Source: Acidobacteriota bacterium (GTDB lineage Bacteria; Acidobacteriota; Thermoanaerobaculia; Multivoradales; Multivoraceae). Taken from it: a stretch of DNA of 64,000 nt. Position 1 is the stretch's first letter; each line of letters starts with the position of its first letter. The translations under genes were made by a program, and so were the position numbers. Of this stretch, positions 49,994-59,873 are shown one piece after another. The DNA is taken from the NCBI GenBank assembly GCA_011523565.1, contig WTGL01000159.1, positions 2,101-66,100 of the forward strand, read 5' to 3'. Below the pieces are notes generated by a model. The model saw only the letters and a program-made list of their open reading frames with translations, was not told the DNA's origin and searched no databases.

Positions 49994-51427
49994 ATGGTAC
50001 CGGTGAAGCTCTACAACTCTCTCGGGCGACGGCTGGAGGAACTCGAGCCGCTCGTTCCCGGTCATGTCCGCCTCTACACCTGCGGTCCGACGGTGTATGA
50101 CCGCGTGCACATCGGCAATCTGCGCACGTTCGTATTCGAGGACGTGCTGCGAAGGACGCTCAGGTTCTTCGGCTACCGCGTCACCCAGGCGATGAACCTG
50201 ACCGATGTCGAGGACAAGATCATCGCCGCGTCGATCTCTGCCGGCGTCGACATCGGCGACTTCACCCGACCCCATGTGGACTCGTTCTTCGAGGACCTGT
50301 CGGCGCTTCGAATCGAGCCCGTGGAGCACTATCCGCGGGCCACGGCCCACATCGACGAGATGATCGCGATGATCCAGCAGCTGCTGGTAGCTGGCTACGC
50401 CTACCAGGCAGACGGTTCGGTGTTCTTTCGCATCGCCGCCGATGCCGACTACGGCAAGTTGTCCGGCATCGACGTCGACCGGGTGCGGCGGGGTGAACGT
50501 GTGCAGAGCGACGAGTACGGCAAGGAGGACGCGCGCGACTTCGTTCTGTGGAAAGGCGCCAAGGAAGGTGAGCCGGAGTGGGCGTCGCCGTGGGGCCCCG
50601 GTCGGCCGGGTTGGCACATCGAGTGCTCGGCGATGAGCCAGAAGTACCTGGGCACGACCTTCGACATCCACTGCGGAGGTGTCGACAACCTGTTTCCGCA
50701 TCACGAGAACGAGATCGCCCAGAGCGAATCGGCGAACGGCTGCCCGCTGGCGCGGTACTGGCTCCACTCCGAGCACCTGACGGTCGACGGCGAGAAGATG
50801 TCCAAGTCCCTCGGCAACTGCCACACCCTTGGAGATCTTCAGGGCAGGGGACTTCCGGTCCGCTCGATCCGCTACCTGCTGATCTCGGTCCACTACCGCC
50901 AGCAGCTCGACTTCACCTTCGCCAAGGTGGCGGAAGCGGGGCGAGCGGTGAAACGGATCGACGATATGCGGTTCCGGCTCGCCCATGAGGCGGAGCGGGC
51001 CGCCGATACCGCGCCCATCGAGGCCGCCGCGGCGGCGTTCGAGGACGGCTTCGCCTCCGCACTCGCCGACGACCTGAACACGTCCGCCGCCCTCGGTACG
51101 GTCTTTCGGTTCGTCCACGAAGTGAACGGGATGATCGACCAAGGTCTGCCTGCCGGCGGCAGGGCTCTCGTGGAGAGCGTGTTGCGGCGAGCCGACCAGG
51201 TGCTCGGAGTGCTGGACGCCGCGGCCTGGGCGGCGGACTCGGGTTCGGCCCCGGGAGACGGGGACCGTGGCCTGAGTGACGCGGAGGTCGAGAAACTGGT
51301 GCGGGCCCGGAGCGAAGCGAGAGCGGCGCGGGACTTCGCGGCTGCCGACCAGCTCCGCGACGAACTGGCGGCCGCCGGGGTGGTGGTGGAGGACACGCCG
51401 GACGGTAGTCGCTGGAAGCGGTCCTGA
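49994..51427 (+). CDS. cysS: cysteine--tRNA ligase
   Basis: HIGN and KMSKS motifs. Confidence 0.95.
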   Translation: MVPVKLYNSLGRRLEELEPLVPGHVRLYTCGPTVYDRVHIGNLRTFVFEDVLRRTLRFFGYRVTQAMNLTDVEDKIIAASISAGVDIGDFTRPHVDSFFEDLSALRIEPVEHYPRATAHIDEMIAMIQQLLVAGYAYQADGSVFFRIAADADYGKLSGIDVDRVRRGERVQSDEYGKEDARDFVLWKGAKEGEPEWASPWGPGRPGWHIECSAMSQKYLGTTFDIHCGGVDNLFPHHENEIAQSESANGCPLARYWLHSEHLTVDGEKMSKSLGNCHTLGDLQGRGLPVRSIRYLLISVHYRQQLDFTFAKVAEAGRAVKRIDDMRFRLAHEAERAADTAPIEAAAAAFEDGFASALADDLNTSAALGTVFRFVHEVNGMIDQGLPAGGRALVESVLRRADQVLGVLDAAAWAADSGSAPGDGDRGLSDAEVEKLVRARSEARAARDFAAADQLRDELAAAGVVVEDTPDGSRWKRS

Positions 51428-51437
51428 TCGCGGCCGC

Positions 51438-51857
51438 ATGAGCGAAGCCGGAGCGGAGCGCGAGCCGCGCCTGAGCGGTGCGGAGGCGGAGCAGGCCGCG
51501 GCGGACCTGCTCAGGCGGAACGGGCACCGGATCCTGGGACGGAACGTCGACACCGTGGCTGGCGAACTGGACCTGGTGACGATGGACGGAGACACGCTCT
51601 GCTTCGTCGAGGTCAAGGCCCGGTTCGATCCGCGCTTCGGCGGTGCGGCCGCGGCGGTGGACCGGCGAAAGCGGCGCCGCCTCGTACGCGCGGCGGAGGC
51701 CTACCTGAGCGACCCGGAACGGACGCCGCTACGGCTCGGTCCGTGCCGTTTCGACGTCGTGGCGGCGACCTGGCAGCCGGAACTCGGAGAATGGCGGTTC
51801 ACGCACTATCGGGATGCATTCACCGTCGACGACACGGGCGGGCGAAGCTGGTTGTAG
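51438..51857 (+). CDS. yraN: YraN family (UPF0102) endonuclease-like protein
   Basis: ELDLV...FVEVK motif. Confidence 0.8.
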   Translation: MSEAGAEREPRLSGAEAEQAAADLLRRNGHRILGRNVDTVAGELDLVTMDGDTLCFVEVKARFDPRFGGAAAAVDRRKRRRLVRAAEAYLSDPERTPLRLGPCRFDVVAATWQPELGEWRFTHYRDAFTVDDTGGRSWL

Positions 51858-51869
51858 GGCGCCTGCGAG

Positions 51870-51899
51870 TTGACAGTCCGGAAGAGGGGGCCGTATCCT
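51870..51899 (+). promoter_or_regulatory. sigma-70-like promoter for the tRNA cluster
   Basis: TTGACA, an 18-nt spacer, then TATCCT, about 45 nt upstream of the first tRNA. Confidence 0.5.
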
Positions 51900-51943
51900 C
51901 CGCGACTCAGGGCCTGCCGGTTGGCCGGCGGGTTCGCTCCGGC

Positions 51944-52041
51944 GCGGGAATAGCTCAGTGGTAGAGCACAACCTTGCCAAGGTTGGGGTCGCGGGTTTGC
52001 AAAACCCTTATTCGCCGGTTCGAATCCGGCCGTCGCCTCCA
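51944..52041 (+). tRNA. chimeric tRNA: 5' portion of tRNA-Gly(GCC) fused to 3' portion of tRNA-Cys(GCA)
   Basis: Gly acceptor, D arm, anticodon arm (GCC) and T-stem 5' strand run directly into the Cys anticodon arm (TTGCAAA), T arm, acceptor 3' strand and U73-CCA. Junction at a shared CGGGTT. The two acceptor strands cannot pair. Confidence 0.65.
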
Positions 52042-52055
52042 GACTTTCCTTACAC

Positions 52056-52139
52056 GCCGGAGTGGCGGAACGGCAGACGCAGGGGACTTAAAATCCCCGG
52101 CCCCTAGTGGGCGTGTGGGTTCGAATCCCACCTCCGGCA
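52056..52139 (+). tRNA. tRNA-Leu (anticodon TAA), type II
   Basis: Acceptor GCCGGAG/CTCCGGC, anticodon loop CTTAAAA, long variable arm. CCA not contiguous. Confidence 0.85.
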
Positions 52140-52187
52140 CGCCACGTAGATTGGTACCCGTGGAAACTGGTACTATCCCGGTCCGAA

Positions 52188-52433
52188 ATGAATCGGACAC
52201 TGGCCGAGTTGGCGGAATCGGGCGACGACCGGCTGGTCGAGATCGTCGGCGTGGCCGGTGACGGCCCCGTCAGTTGGCGGCTGCGCGAGATCGGTTTCTG
52301 CCGGGGAGCCGCGGTGCGGTTCGTTCGGCGGGCGCCCCTGGGCGATCCGTCGATGTATGAGCTGCACGGCGCCATCCTCAGCCTGCGCCGCAGCGAGGCG
52401 AGTCGAATCCGCGTCGGGCCGGGCAGCTCATGA
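52188..52433 (+). CDS. feoA: ferrous iron transport protein A
   Basis: FeoA SH3-like domain, 81 aa. Confidence 0.8.
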   Translation: MNRTLAELAESGDDRLVEIVGVAGDGPVSWRLREIGFCRGAAVRFVRRAPLGDPSMYELHGAILSLRRSEASRIRVGPGSS

Positions 52434-54361
52434 CGGAGCTGGTCCGGCTGGGGACGGCAGAGGCCTCCGGGGAACCTCGGCGGTTCGCCATCCTCGGGGC
52501 GCCGAACTCGGGCAAGACGACGTTGTTCAACGCGCTCACCGGGCACCGGGCGAAGGCCGGGAACTACCCGGGAGTCACGGTCGACCGGCGCGAAGGCGAC
52601 CTGCATCGCCGCTTCTCGGACGAACCCGTTCGGCTCATCGATCTTCCCGGCGTGTACAGCTTGGAACCCCAATCGGAGGACGAAGCGGTAGCCGTGCGCG
52701 TTCTGCGCGGAGAGTTCGGCGAACCGCCGCCGGACGGCGTGGTCGTCGTAGTGGACGCCACCACGATCGAGCGCGCCTTGCCACTCGTGGCGGAGGCCGC
52801 GGCCCTGGGTCTCCCCCTCTGCATCGCTCTGACCATGGTCGATGAGCTGAAGGCGCGGCACGGCGAAATCGACGTCAGCGCACTGATGGCCGTCCTCGGG
52901 GTGCCGGTGCTGGGCGTGGTCGGCAACCGCGGCCTCGGCATCGATGACCTCGGCGCGCTCCTGGCCGGGTCCCGGAACAACTGGACGCCGTCTCCGGACT
53001 TGAAGGAGGCCGCGGTGTCGGGCACGCCGGAGGCGAGGTTCAACTGGACGTACGGGGTGCTGGGGCGATGTCGCCGCGAGGTGCCACGAGCCGATCACTG
53101 GAGCCGGCGACTGGACCGGTTTCTGCTCCATCCGATCTTCGGGCCGGCGGTCTTTCTGACCTTCGTCGCCCTCTTCTTCCAGGCGATCTTCACCTGGGCA
53201 ACGCCGGCGATGGACCTGCTCTCGGGCCTGATGGACGGTCTCGCGGATCGGCTGCTCGTCGCTCTGCCGGACACCCTGGTGACGCGGCTGCTCGCCGACG
53301 GGGTGGTTCGGGGCGTCGGTGCGGTGATCGTCTTCCTGCCCCAGATCGTGCTCCTGTTCACGGTCATCCTGTTTCTCGAGGGGTGCGGCTACATGGCGCG
53401 CGCAGCGTTCGTCGTGGACCGGATGATGGGTTGGGTGGGCCTGGAGGGCCGCTGCTTCCTCGCTCTGCTCTCTTCGTACGCCTGTGCCGTTCCGGGCATC
53501 ATGGCGACCCGGACGATTCCTTCGGAGCGGGATCGACTCACTACCATCCTGGTCGCTCCCTTCGCCACCTGCTCGGCCCGGTTGCCGGTGTACACGCTGC
53601 TCATCGCGGCGTTCATTCCCGCCGAACGGGTGTTCGGACCGTTCACCTGGCAGGGTTTTACCCTGGGCGGCCTGTACGTCCTGGGAACGGCGACCGCTCT
53701 CCTTTCGGCCGCCGTCCTGAAACGGGGCCTGATGCGGGGCGCCTCGCTGCCGTTCTACCTCGAGCTGCCGCCGTTCCGCCTGCCGCGGCCAAGTGACATA
53801 TTGCTCGGCGTCTGGGACCGTGCACGGATGTTCCTGCGGCGTGCCGGCACGATCATCCTGAGCGTCAGCATCGTCCTCTGGTTCCTGCTCAATCTGCCGC
53901 GGAGGGCCGCCGATCCGCAGCTCGGCGACGCGGCGAACCAGCAGGCGATCCTAGAGGGCAGCTACGCGGCTTCGGTCGGCAGATTCCTGGAGCCGGTGTT
54001 CGCCCCCATGGACTTCGACTGGCGCATCAACGTCGGTCTGGTGGCTTCCCAGGCGGCCCGAGAGGTCATGGTCGCCACACTCGCACAGATCTACGCTCAC
54101 GAAGGCGAGGCCAGGGAGGGCCTGGGCGGTGTTCTGGCCGGTGGCGGTGGGCGCGGCGGCGAACCGGTGCTGTCCCGCGCTTCGGCACTTGCCCTGCTCG
54201 TCTACTTCGCGTTCGCCATGCAGTGCATGTCGACCCTGGTCGTGATCCGTCGCGAGACGGGGAAGTGGCGATGGCCGGCCTTCACGTTCATCTACATGAC
54301 CGGCCTGGGCTGGCTCGGGGCCTGGGTCACCTTCCAACTGGCGACGGCGGCAGGAGCCTGA
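52430..54361 (+). CDS. feoB: ferrous iron transport protein B
   Basis: G-protein domain (GAPNSGKTTLFNALTG) plus polytopic membrane domain. ATGA overlap with feoA. Confidence 0.95.
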   Translation: MTELVRLGTAEASGEPRRFAILGAPNSGKTTLFNALTGHRAKAGNYPGVTVDRREGDLHRRFSDEPVRLIDLPGVYSLEPQSEDEAVAVRVLRGEFGEPPPDGVVVVVDATTIERALPLVAEAAALGLPLCIALTMVDELKARHGEIDVSALMAVLGVPVLGVVGNRGLGIDDLGALLAGSRNNWTPSPDLKEAAVSGTPEARFNWTYGVLGRCRREVPRADHWSRRLDRFLLHPIFGPAVFLTFVALFFQAIFTWATPAMDLLSGLMDGLADRLLVALPDTLVTRLLADGVVRGVGAVIVFLPQIVLLFTVILFLEGCGYMARAAFVVDRMMGWVGLEGRCFLALLSSYACAVPGIMATRTIPSERDRLTTILVAPFATCSARLPVYTLLIAAFIPAERVFGPFTWQGFTLGGLYVLGTATALLSAAVLKRGLMRGASLPFYLELPPFRLPRPSDILLGVWDRARMFLRRAGTIILSVSIVLWFLLNLPRRAADPQLGDAANQQAILEGSYAASVGRFLEPVFAPMDFDWRINVGLVASQAAREVMVATLAQIYAHEGEAREGLGGVLAGGGGRGGEPVLSRASALALLVYFAFAMQCMSTLVVIRRETGKWRWPAFTFIYMTGLGWLGAWVTFQLATAAGA

Positions 54362-54369
54362 GGACGCCG

Positions 54370-55152
54370 TCAGGAGCCCACGAAACGGGGCCGGCGCCGC
54401 TGGGTCATGGCCCGCACGCCCTCTGCGAAATCCGCCGTCTGCCGCAAACGATCCTGCTCGACCTTCTCGTGATCCGTGGCGGCGCGGATCTCCGAAGCGA
54501 GCTGTCCGCGGAGGGTCTGCCGGATCGATCGCACCGCGAGCGGCGCCGAGGCTGCGATCTCACGAGCCAGTGTCCGTGCCCGTGTTCGCACTTCCTCACA
54601 GGCGACGAATTCGTCGCAGAGACCGATTCGATACGCCTCCTCGCCCTTCACCCGGCGGCCGGTGTAGAGCAACTCCATTGCCCGCTGGCGGCCGACCAGG
54701 CGGGGGAGAGTGACGGTCAGCCCGAAACCCTGGATGAAGCCGAGGCGCGCGAAGTTCGCGGCGAACCGGGCTTCGGCGCAGGCGACGCGAAAATCCGGCA
54801 TCAGGGCCAGTCCGAGACCGCCGCCGATGGCCGCGCCCTGGATGGCGGCGACGACCGGGGTGCGGGTCTCGAACAACCGCACGGCCTCGTCGTAGAGGTG
54901 GCGCTGCGGCGTCCCGGTGGCGGGCCGCGACGCGTTCAGGTTCGCTCCGGCACAGAAGTGCTTGCCCTCGGAACAGAGCACGACGGCGCGGCAGTCGTCG
55001 CGCTCGTCGAGTTCCTCGATCGCCGCCGCCAGAGCGGCGATCAGGTCCTGGTCGAAGAAGTTGTTGGGCGGCCGGTGGATCTCCACCTCCGCCACCAGGT
55101 CGTCGCCGACCGCGACCGTGACTTCGCCGTTCCCGGCAGCGCTACCGCTCAT
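54370..55152 (-). CDS. enoyl-CoA hydratase/isomerase family protein
   Basis: Crotonase fold motifs (CAGANL, AAIQGAAIGGG). Confidence 0.8.
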   Translation of the reverse strand: MSGSAAGNGEVTVAVGDDLVAEVEIHRPPNNFFDQDLIAALAAAIEELDERDDCRAVVLCSEGKHFCAGANLNASRPATGTPQRHLYDEAVRLFETRTPVVAAIQGAAIGGGLGLALMPDFRVACAEARFAANFARLGFIQGFGLTVTLPRLVGRQRAMELLYTGRRVKGEEAYRIGLCDEFVACEEVRTRARTLAREIAASAPLAVRSIRQTLRGQLASEIRAATDHEKVEQDRLRQTADFAEGVRAMTQRRRPRFVGS

Positions 55153-55192
55153 CCGTTTCCTCGCTCTGGAGTTGTTTTCTGCGAAGGGGACT

Positions 55193-56350
55193 CTATCTTC
55201 CTGAAACCGGTGCGGCCGTTCCCTGGCCGCGGTAGTCGCCGAACAGCATTTCAACTCCGAAGCGCAGGATGGGAACGGAATCCCTGGGTTCGCCCGGCGT
55301 TTCCCGGCGCCAGGCCATGCCGGGACCGATCTCGAGAAAGAACCACTCGCGGAGGATCTGCTGACGGTAGATCAGGCGGACGAAGTAGTTTTCGATCTGG
55401 ACCGGCATGTCCGTCTCCCCGTTGGCGCCGATCTGGTGGGCAATGGCGCGACGCCGGCCCAGGCGATGGTAGTAGCTCAGCTCGGTGAACCAGTCCGCGC
55501 CCTGTGTGATGTCGGAGATCTTCCCGGCGCCGCGCCAGCGCATCATCGAGCCGCCCGCGAAGGCGTGCTCGTAGTCGATTCGGGTGGACAGGCCCCAGCC
55601 GTCTTCGCGTTCCCAGAACAGGCTGTGACGAAAGCGCACGAGGTCCGTGTCCGACAGGAAGGTCCGGTGCTTGTAGCGGGCGCGCGCGAAGGGCTCGACC
55701 GGAAAGTCGAAGTTCATGCCGACGTCGAAATCGAGGTCGCCGTTGCCGCCGGAGATCGGCCGGTAGCCGAGTCCGAGCAGCCACTCGTCGTCGGCGGCGT
55801 CGAACATATGCGGCAGGGATGTGGCGCCCCGGCGCTGGGCGTCCTCCAGTACGTCTTCGCGGTCGTCGCGGCCGATGAAGGCGTTCAGGCGCCGCTCCAT
55901 GTTCGGAAAGTGAAGACGGGCGCGAAAGCGAAGGTCATCCTCGAAGCCGTACTGCTCATCCCAGATCACGCCCACGAGGGCGCGGCCGTACGTCGCCTCG
56001 AGTTCCTCGTCGAGCCGGTAGTCGCCGAACAGGTGATCGAACCACAGCGCCGTCTCGCAGGCGGTCCGGTGCAGGCGCAGGTTCAGCCAGTCGAGCCAGG
56101 AACGTCCCTCGAGGTACTCGGAGGCGCACGGGTCGACCTGCTCGTCCCCGGCTTCTTCCGCAGTTTCTTCCGCGGCCGACCGGGCCTCGGGCTCCGCCTC
56201 CACCGCGGGCCTGGGAGCCTGGCCCGCGTCGGGTTCGGGTTTCGTTTCCTGGCCCGAGACGGGGGCAGCGGCGAGAACGCCGCCACAGTAGAGCGCGCCA
56301 GCCACTGCCAACCAACCGCGGAGGGGGTGCCGCGTTTCTCTAGTCAACAT
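55193..56350 (-). CDS. hypothetical secreted protein
   Basis: Signal peptide MLTRETRHPLRGWLAVAGALYCGGVLAAAPVSG followed by an acidic linker. Possibly a beta-barrel outer-membrane enzyme, not identified. Confidence 0.45.
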   Translation of the reverse strand: MLTRETRHPLRGWLAVAGALYCGGVLAAAPVSGQETKPEPDAGQAPRPAVEAEPEARSAAEETAEEAGDEQVDPCASEYLEGRSWLDWLNLRLHRTACETALWFDHLFGDYRLDEELEATYGRALVGVIWDEQYGFEDDLRFRARLHFPNMERRLNAFIGRDDREDVLEDAQRRGATSLPHMFDAADDEWLLGLGYRPISGGNGDLDFDVGMNFDFPVEPFARARYKHRTFLSDTDLVRFRHSLFWEREDGWGLSTRIDYEHAFAGGSMMRWRGAGKISDITQGADWFTELSYYHRLGRRRAIAHQIGANGETDMPVQIENYFVRLIYRQQILREWFFLEIGPGMAWRRETPGEPRDSVPILRFGVEMLFGDYRGQGTAAPVSGR

Positions 56351-56494
56351 GGTTCCAGGGGCAGCGCGACCGGCACTCCGCCCGGCTCGGCGGCGCCTGT
56401 CCATCTTCGCACGCCGGCTCGGAAATCCGCAGGAGGTTGCGCCTCGGACACACAGCGTTGCGTTCCTCAGCTCAACCTCCTAGGCTGAGGTACC

Positions 56495-57856
56495 GTGCGC
56501 GGCCCGGTCGAGGAAACCCACAGCCTGCCGCACAGCGAGGAGTCGGAGCGCGCTGTGCTGGCCGCGATCCTGCTCGATGCCGACCGACACCTGGCGGCCA
56601 CCGCGACCCGCCTGAAGGCCGACGACTACTACTTCGAAAGGCATCGTCTTCTGTATGAGGCGATGCTCGCGCTCCAGGAGTCGGACAGCCCGATCGACCT
56701 GCGGACCGTTCAGGCGCGGCTGGAACAGCGGGACCAGTTCGAAGCCGCCGGCGGCGTCGCGTATCTGGCCACGCTGGAGGTGGACCTGCCGGACCTCGGC
56801 CGTGTCGACTCCTACGTCGAGATCATCAAGGAACGGGCCCTGCGCAGGCGACTGATCGACGCCTGTACAACGATCTACCGGACGGCGCTCGACGGCGGGC
56901 TCGAGGCGAAGGACGCCCTTGGCCGCGCGGAGCAGGCGGTGATGGAACTGAGCGAGGAGGCGGTAACGCGCACCTTCGCGCCATTCGACCAGGTGGTCCG
57001 CGAGACGGTGGAGAGGCTCGAACAGCGCTCGTCGAACGACTTCCCCGGGTTGCGTACGGGATTCGTCGATTTCGACCGGATGACACACGGTCTCCAGCCG
57101 GGCAACCTGATCATCATCGCCGGCCGGCCGGGGATGGGAAAGACGAGCCTGGCCCTCAACATCGCCACCCACGTTGCGCATGAGGAAGGGAAGGCGGCCG
57201 GCTTCTTCTCGCTCGAGATGAACGAGCAGGAGATCGCCATGCGGGTGCTGTGCTCAACGACCGACATTCCCTTCCACCGGTTGCGCGGCGGTCGGCTCGG
57301 GGCGCGCGACTGGAGCCGTCTGCACGAGGCCGTGGAGGCCGGCCGGGACTCGAGTCTGTTCATCGACGATTCCGCCAATCCGTCGCTCCTCGAGGTCGCC
57401 TCCAAGGCGCGCAGGCTGAAGGCCCAGCAAGGCCTCGCACTCGTGGTCGTGGACTACCTCCAGTTGATGAACGCCGGGGGCAGGTACGAGAACCGCAACC
57501 TGGAGATCGGAGCGATCACGCGCGGCCTGAAACAACTGGCCAAGGAACTCGATGTGCCGGTCGTGGCGCTCTCCCAGCTCTCGCGGCTTCCAGAGCGCCG
57601 CGGCAAGGACCACCGTCCCCAGCTCGCGGATCTCCGGGAGTCGGGCAACATCGAGCAGGACGCCGACATCGTCGTCTTCGTCTACCGGGAAGAGATGTAC
57701 GAGCGGGACGACCCCGACGTGCGGGGCATGGCGCAGTTGATCATCGCCAAGCACCGGAACGGGGAAACGGGGAGCGTGGATCTGGTCTTCATCGGCGACA
57801 CGACGACGTTTCGCAACTACGACAGCCAGCACACGCCGCCCGAGGGACCACCCTGA
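56495..57856 (+). CDS. dnaB: replicative DNA helicase
   Basis: DnaB N-terminal domain plus RecA-like domain (GRPGMGKTS). GTG start. Confidence 0.95.
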   Translation: MRGPVEETHSLPHSEESERAVLAAILLDADRHLAATATRLKADDYYFERHRLLYEAMLALQESDSPIDLRTVQARLEQRDQFEAAGGVAYLATLEVDLPDLGRVDSYVEIIKERALRRRLIDACTTIYRTALDGGLEAKDALGRAEQAVMELSEEAVTRTFAPFDQVVRETVERLEQRSSNDFPGLRTGFVDFDRMTHGLQPGNLIIIAGRPGMGKTSLALNIATHVAHEEGKAAGFFSLEMNEQEIAMRVLCSTTDIPFHRLRGGRLGARDWSRLHEAVEAGRDSSLFIDDSANPSLLEVASKARRLKAQQGLALVVVDYLQLMNAGGRYENRNLEIGAITRGLKQLAKELDVPVVALSQLSRLPERRGKDHRPQLADLRESGNIEQDADIVVFVYREEMYERDDPDVRGMAQLIIAKHRNGETGSVDLVFIGDTTTFRNYDSQHTPPEGPP

Positions 57857-59001
57857 CCCCGGACGCTCGCGCCCGGGTCGAAATCGATCTCGGCACTCTG
57901 GCCGGCAATCTGCGACTGGTTCGGCGGGCGGTCGGCGGGACCGGTGTGTTCGGTGTGGTCAAGGCGGACGCCTACGGTCACGGAGCCGTGTCCGTGAGCC
58001 TCGAATTGGAGCGGTTGGGCATCGACGGGTTCGCCGTGGCTCGCGTGAATGAGGTCGGGGAACTGCGGCAGTCAGGGGTACGCGGCCGGCTGCTGCTCCT
58101 GGGTGGACCAGCGTCGATCGAGGAGCTCGCGTGCGCCGTCGAGTGGAACGCAACGCCCGTGCTCACGCGCCGGCAGCAGATCGCCGACTGGTCGGCCTGG
58201 CGACGGCGGGCCTCCGGCAGCCGCACCCCTCTCGGCGTCGTGGTCGAGCTGGACACCGGCATGAGGCGCTACGGCGTACCGCTCGACGAGTGGCCGCCCT
58301 TGCTCCGGGAACTCCGGTCGGCGCCGGAACTGCGACTGACCGGCCTGATGTCCCATCTGGCGGAATCCGAGCTGCCGGAAAGCGGCTTCACGGCGCTCCA
58401 GGAGGAGCGGTTTGCCGAGGCAGTCGGAGCCTTGGGACCGGAAGAGCGCGGGGCCGTGTCCCTTCATCTCGCGAACTCGTCCGGCGCGCTCAGACGGGCC
58501 TCCGCGCGCTGGAGCGCGGTTCGTGTGGGCGGGGCACTCTACGGCCTCGATCTGGCCGCTGCCGCCGACCCCTCGCCGGGATCCGGGTTGCGCCCGGTGA
58601 TGCGTGTCATAGCGCCCATCCTCGATCTTCGGCAGGTTCCGATCGGGACCGGTGTCGGCTACCGGCGAACCTGGAAGGCAGCGCGTGACGCGACGATCGC
58701 CCTGCTGCCTGTCGGCTACGGCGACGGATTCAGCACCGCCTACGGCATCGGCGACGTGCTCGTGGGGGGCATCCGCTGCCCGATCGCGGGTCAGGTCAGC
58801 ATGGACTCGCTGACCGTCGACGTCACCGGCGTTTCCGGCGTCAAGTTGGGAGACGAGTGCGTTCTGCTCGGCTCGCAGGGGGACGAACGGATCGGGGTCA
58901 CCGAACTCTCCGCCCGCGCCGGCATCGCCGCCTACGAAGTCTGGTGCGGCTTCAGGAGTCGGCTGCCGCGGCGGATCCTGGACCCTGGCGTCAGCTCCTA
59001 G
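57853..59001 (+). CDS. alr: alanine racemase (apparent CTG start)
   Basis: N-terminal VEIDLGTLAGNLRLV and PLP-lysine motif VVKADAYGHG. No ATG/GTG/TTG for more than 45 codons upstream. CTG at 57853 overlaps the dnaB stop. Confidence 0.75.
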   Translation: MTPDARARVEIDLGTLAGNLRLVRRAVGGTGVFGVVKADAYGHGAVSVSLELERLGIDGFAVARVNEVGELRQSGVRGRLLLLGGPASIEELACAVEWNATPVLTRRQQIADWSAWRRRASGSRTPLGVVVELDTGMRRYGVPLDEWPPLLRELRSAPELRLTGLMSHLAESELPESGFTALQEERFAEAVGALGPEERGAVSLHLANSSGALRRASARWSAVRVGGALYGLDLAAAADPSPGSGLRPVMRVIAPILDLRQVPIGTGVGYRRTWKAARDATIALLPVGYGDGFSTAYGIGDVLVGGIRCPIAGQVSMDSLTVDVTGVSGVKLGDECVLLGSQGDERIGVTELSARAGIAAYEVWCGFRSRLPRRILDPGVSS

Positions 59002-59873
59002 AGGATCGGGTCTCGCCCGGTGATCCGCCGGAACGCGTCGAGATAGCGTTCCCGGGTCTCCTGGACGACCTCCGGAGTCAGTTCCGGCGGCGGGGATGCC
59101 TTGTCCCAGCCCGTTCCGGCCACCCAGTCGCGAACCGGCTGCTTGTCGTAGGACACCGGCTCGGTGCCCGGTGTCCAGGCCGCGGCGTCCCAGTAGCGCG
59201 ACGAGTCCGGCGTCAGAACCTCGTCGATCAGCAGCAGCTGGCCGTCGACCAGTCCGAACTCGAACTTCGTGTCCGCCAGGATGATGCCGCGCCGCGCCGC
59301 AAGGTCCCGGCCGCTGCTGAACAGCTCGAGCGTGACCCGGCGGAGCGTCGCCGCCATCTCGGCGCCTACGCCTTCGACCAGGGTGTCGTAGTCGATGTTC
59401 TCGTCGTGGCCCTCTTCGGCCTTCGTGGCGGGCGTGAAGAGCGGCTGGTCCAGCTTCTCCGCCCGCCGCATGCCCGCGGGCAGGTCGTGGCCACAGGCCC
59501 GGCCGGACTGCTGGTACTCCTTGAAGGCGCTCCCGGCCAGATAGCCCCGCGCCACGCACTCGTAGGGAACCACTTCCGCCTTCTGTACGAGCACGGAGCG
59601 CCCGTCGAGGTAGTCGGCGTGCCGCTGCAGTTCAGCCGGGTAGCGGCCGACGTCCGTCTCGACCAGATGGTTCGGAATCGTGTCTCCCAGCCGATCGAAC
59701 CAGAAGTTGGTCAACTGGTTGAGGACCTTGCCCTTGTCCGGGATCTCGGGCGAGAGCACGAAATCATAGGCGGACACGCGGTCGCTGGCCACCAGGAGCA
59801 ACTGATCGCCCAGGTCGTAGATGTCGCGCACCTTGCCGCGGCGGGGAGCCGGAAGCCCTTCGAGAACGCTCAT
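58998..59873 (-). CDS. purC: phosphoribosylaminoimidazole-succinocarboxamide synthase
   Basis: Resembles SAICAR synthetase throughout. Confidence 0.95.
   Translation of the reverse strand: MSVLEGLPAPRRGKVRDIYDLGDQLLLVASDRVSAYDFVLSPEIPDKGKVLNQLTNFWFDRLGDTIPNHLVETDVGRYPAELQRHADYLDGRSVLVQKAEVVPYECVARGYLAGSAFKEYQQSGRACGHDLPAGMRRAEKLDQPLFTPATKAEEGHDENIDYDTLVEGVGAEMAATLRRVTLELFSSGRDLAARRGIILADTKFEFGLVDGQLLLIDEVLTPDSSRYWDAAAWTPGTEPVSYDKQPVRDWVAGTGWDKASPPPELTPEVVQETRERYLDAFRRITGRDPIL

Noticed and set aside
51955-52200. 81-aa minus-strand ORF
   Set aside because: It overlaps the chimeric tRNA and tRNA-Leu(TAA) genes. Its translation is the reverse complement of tRNA sequence.
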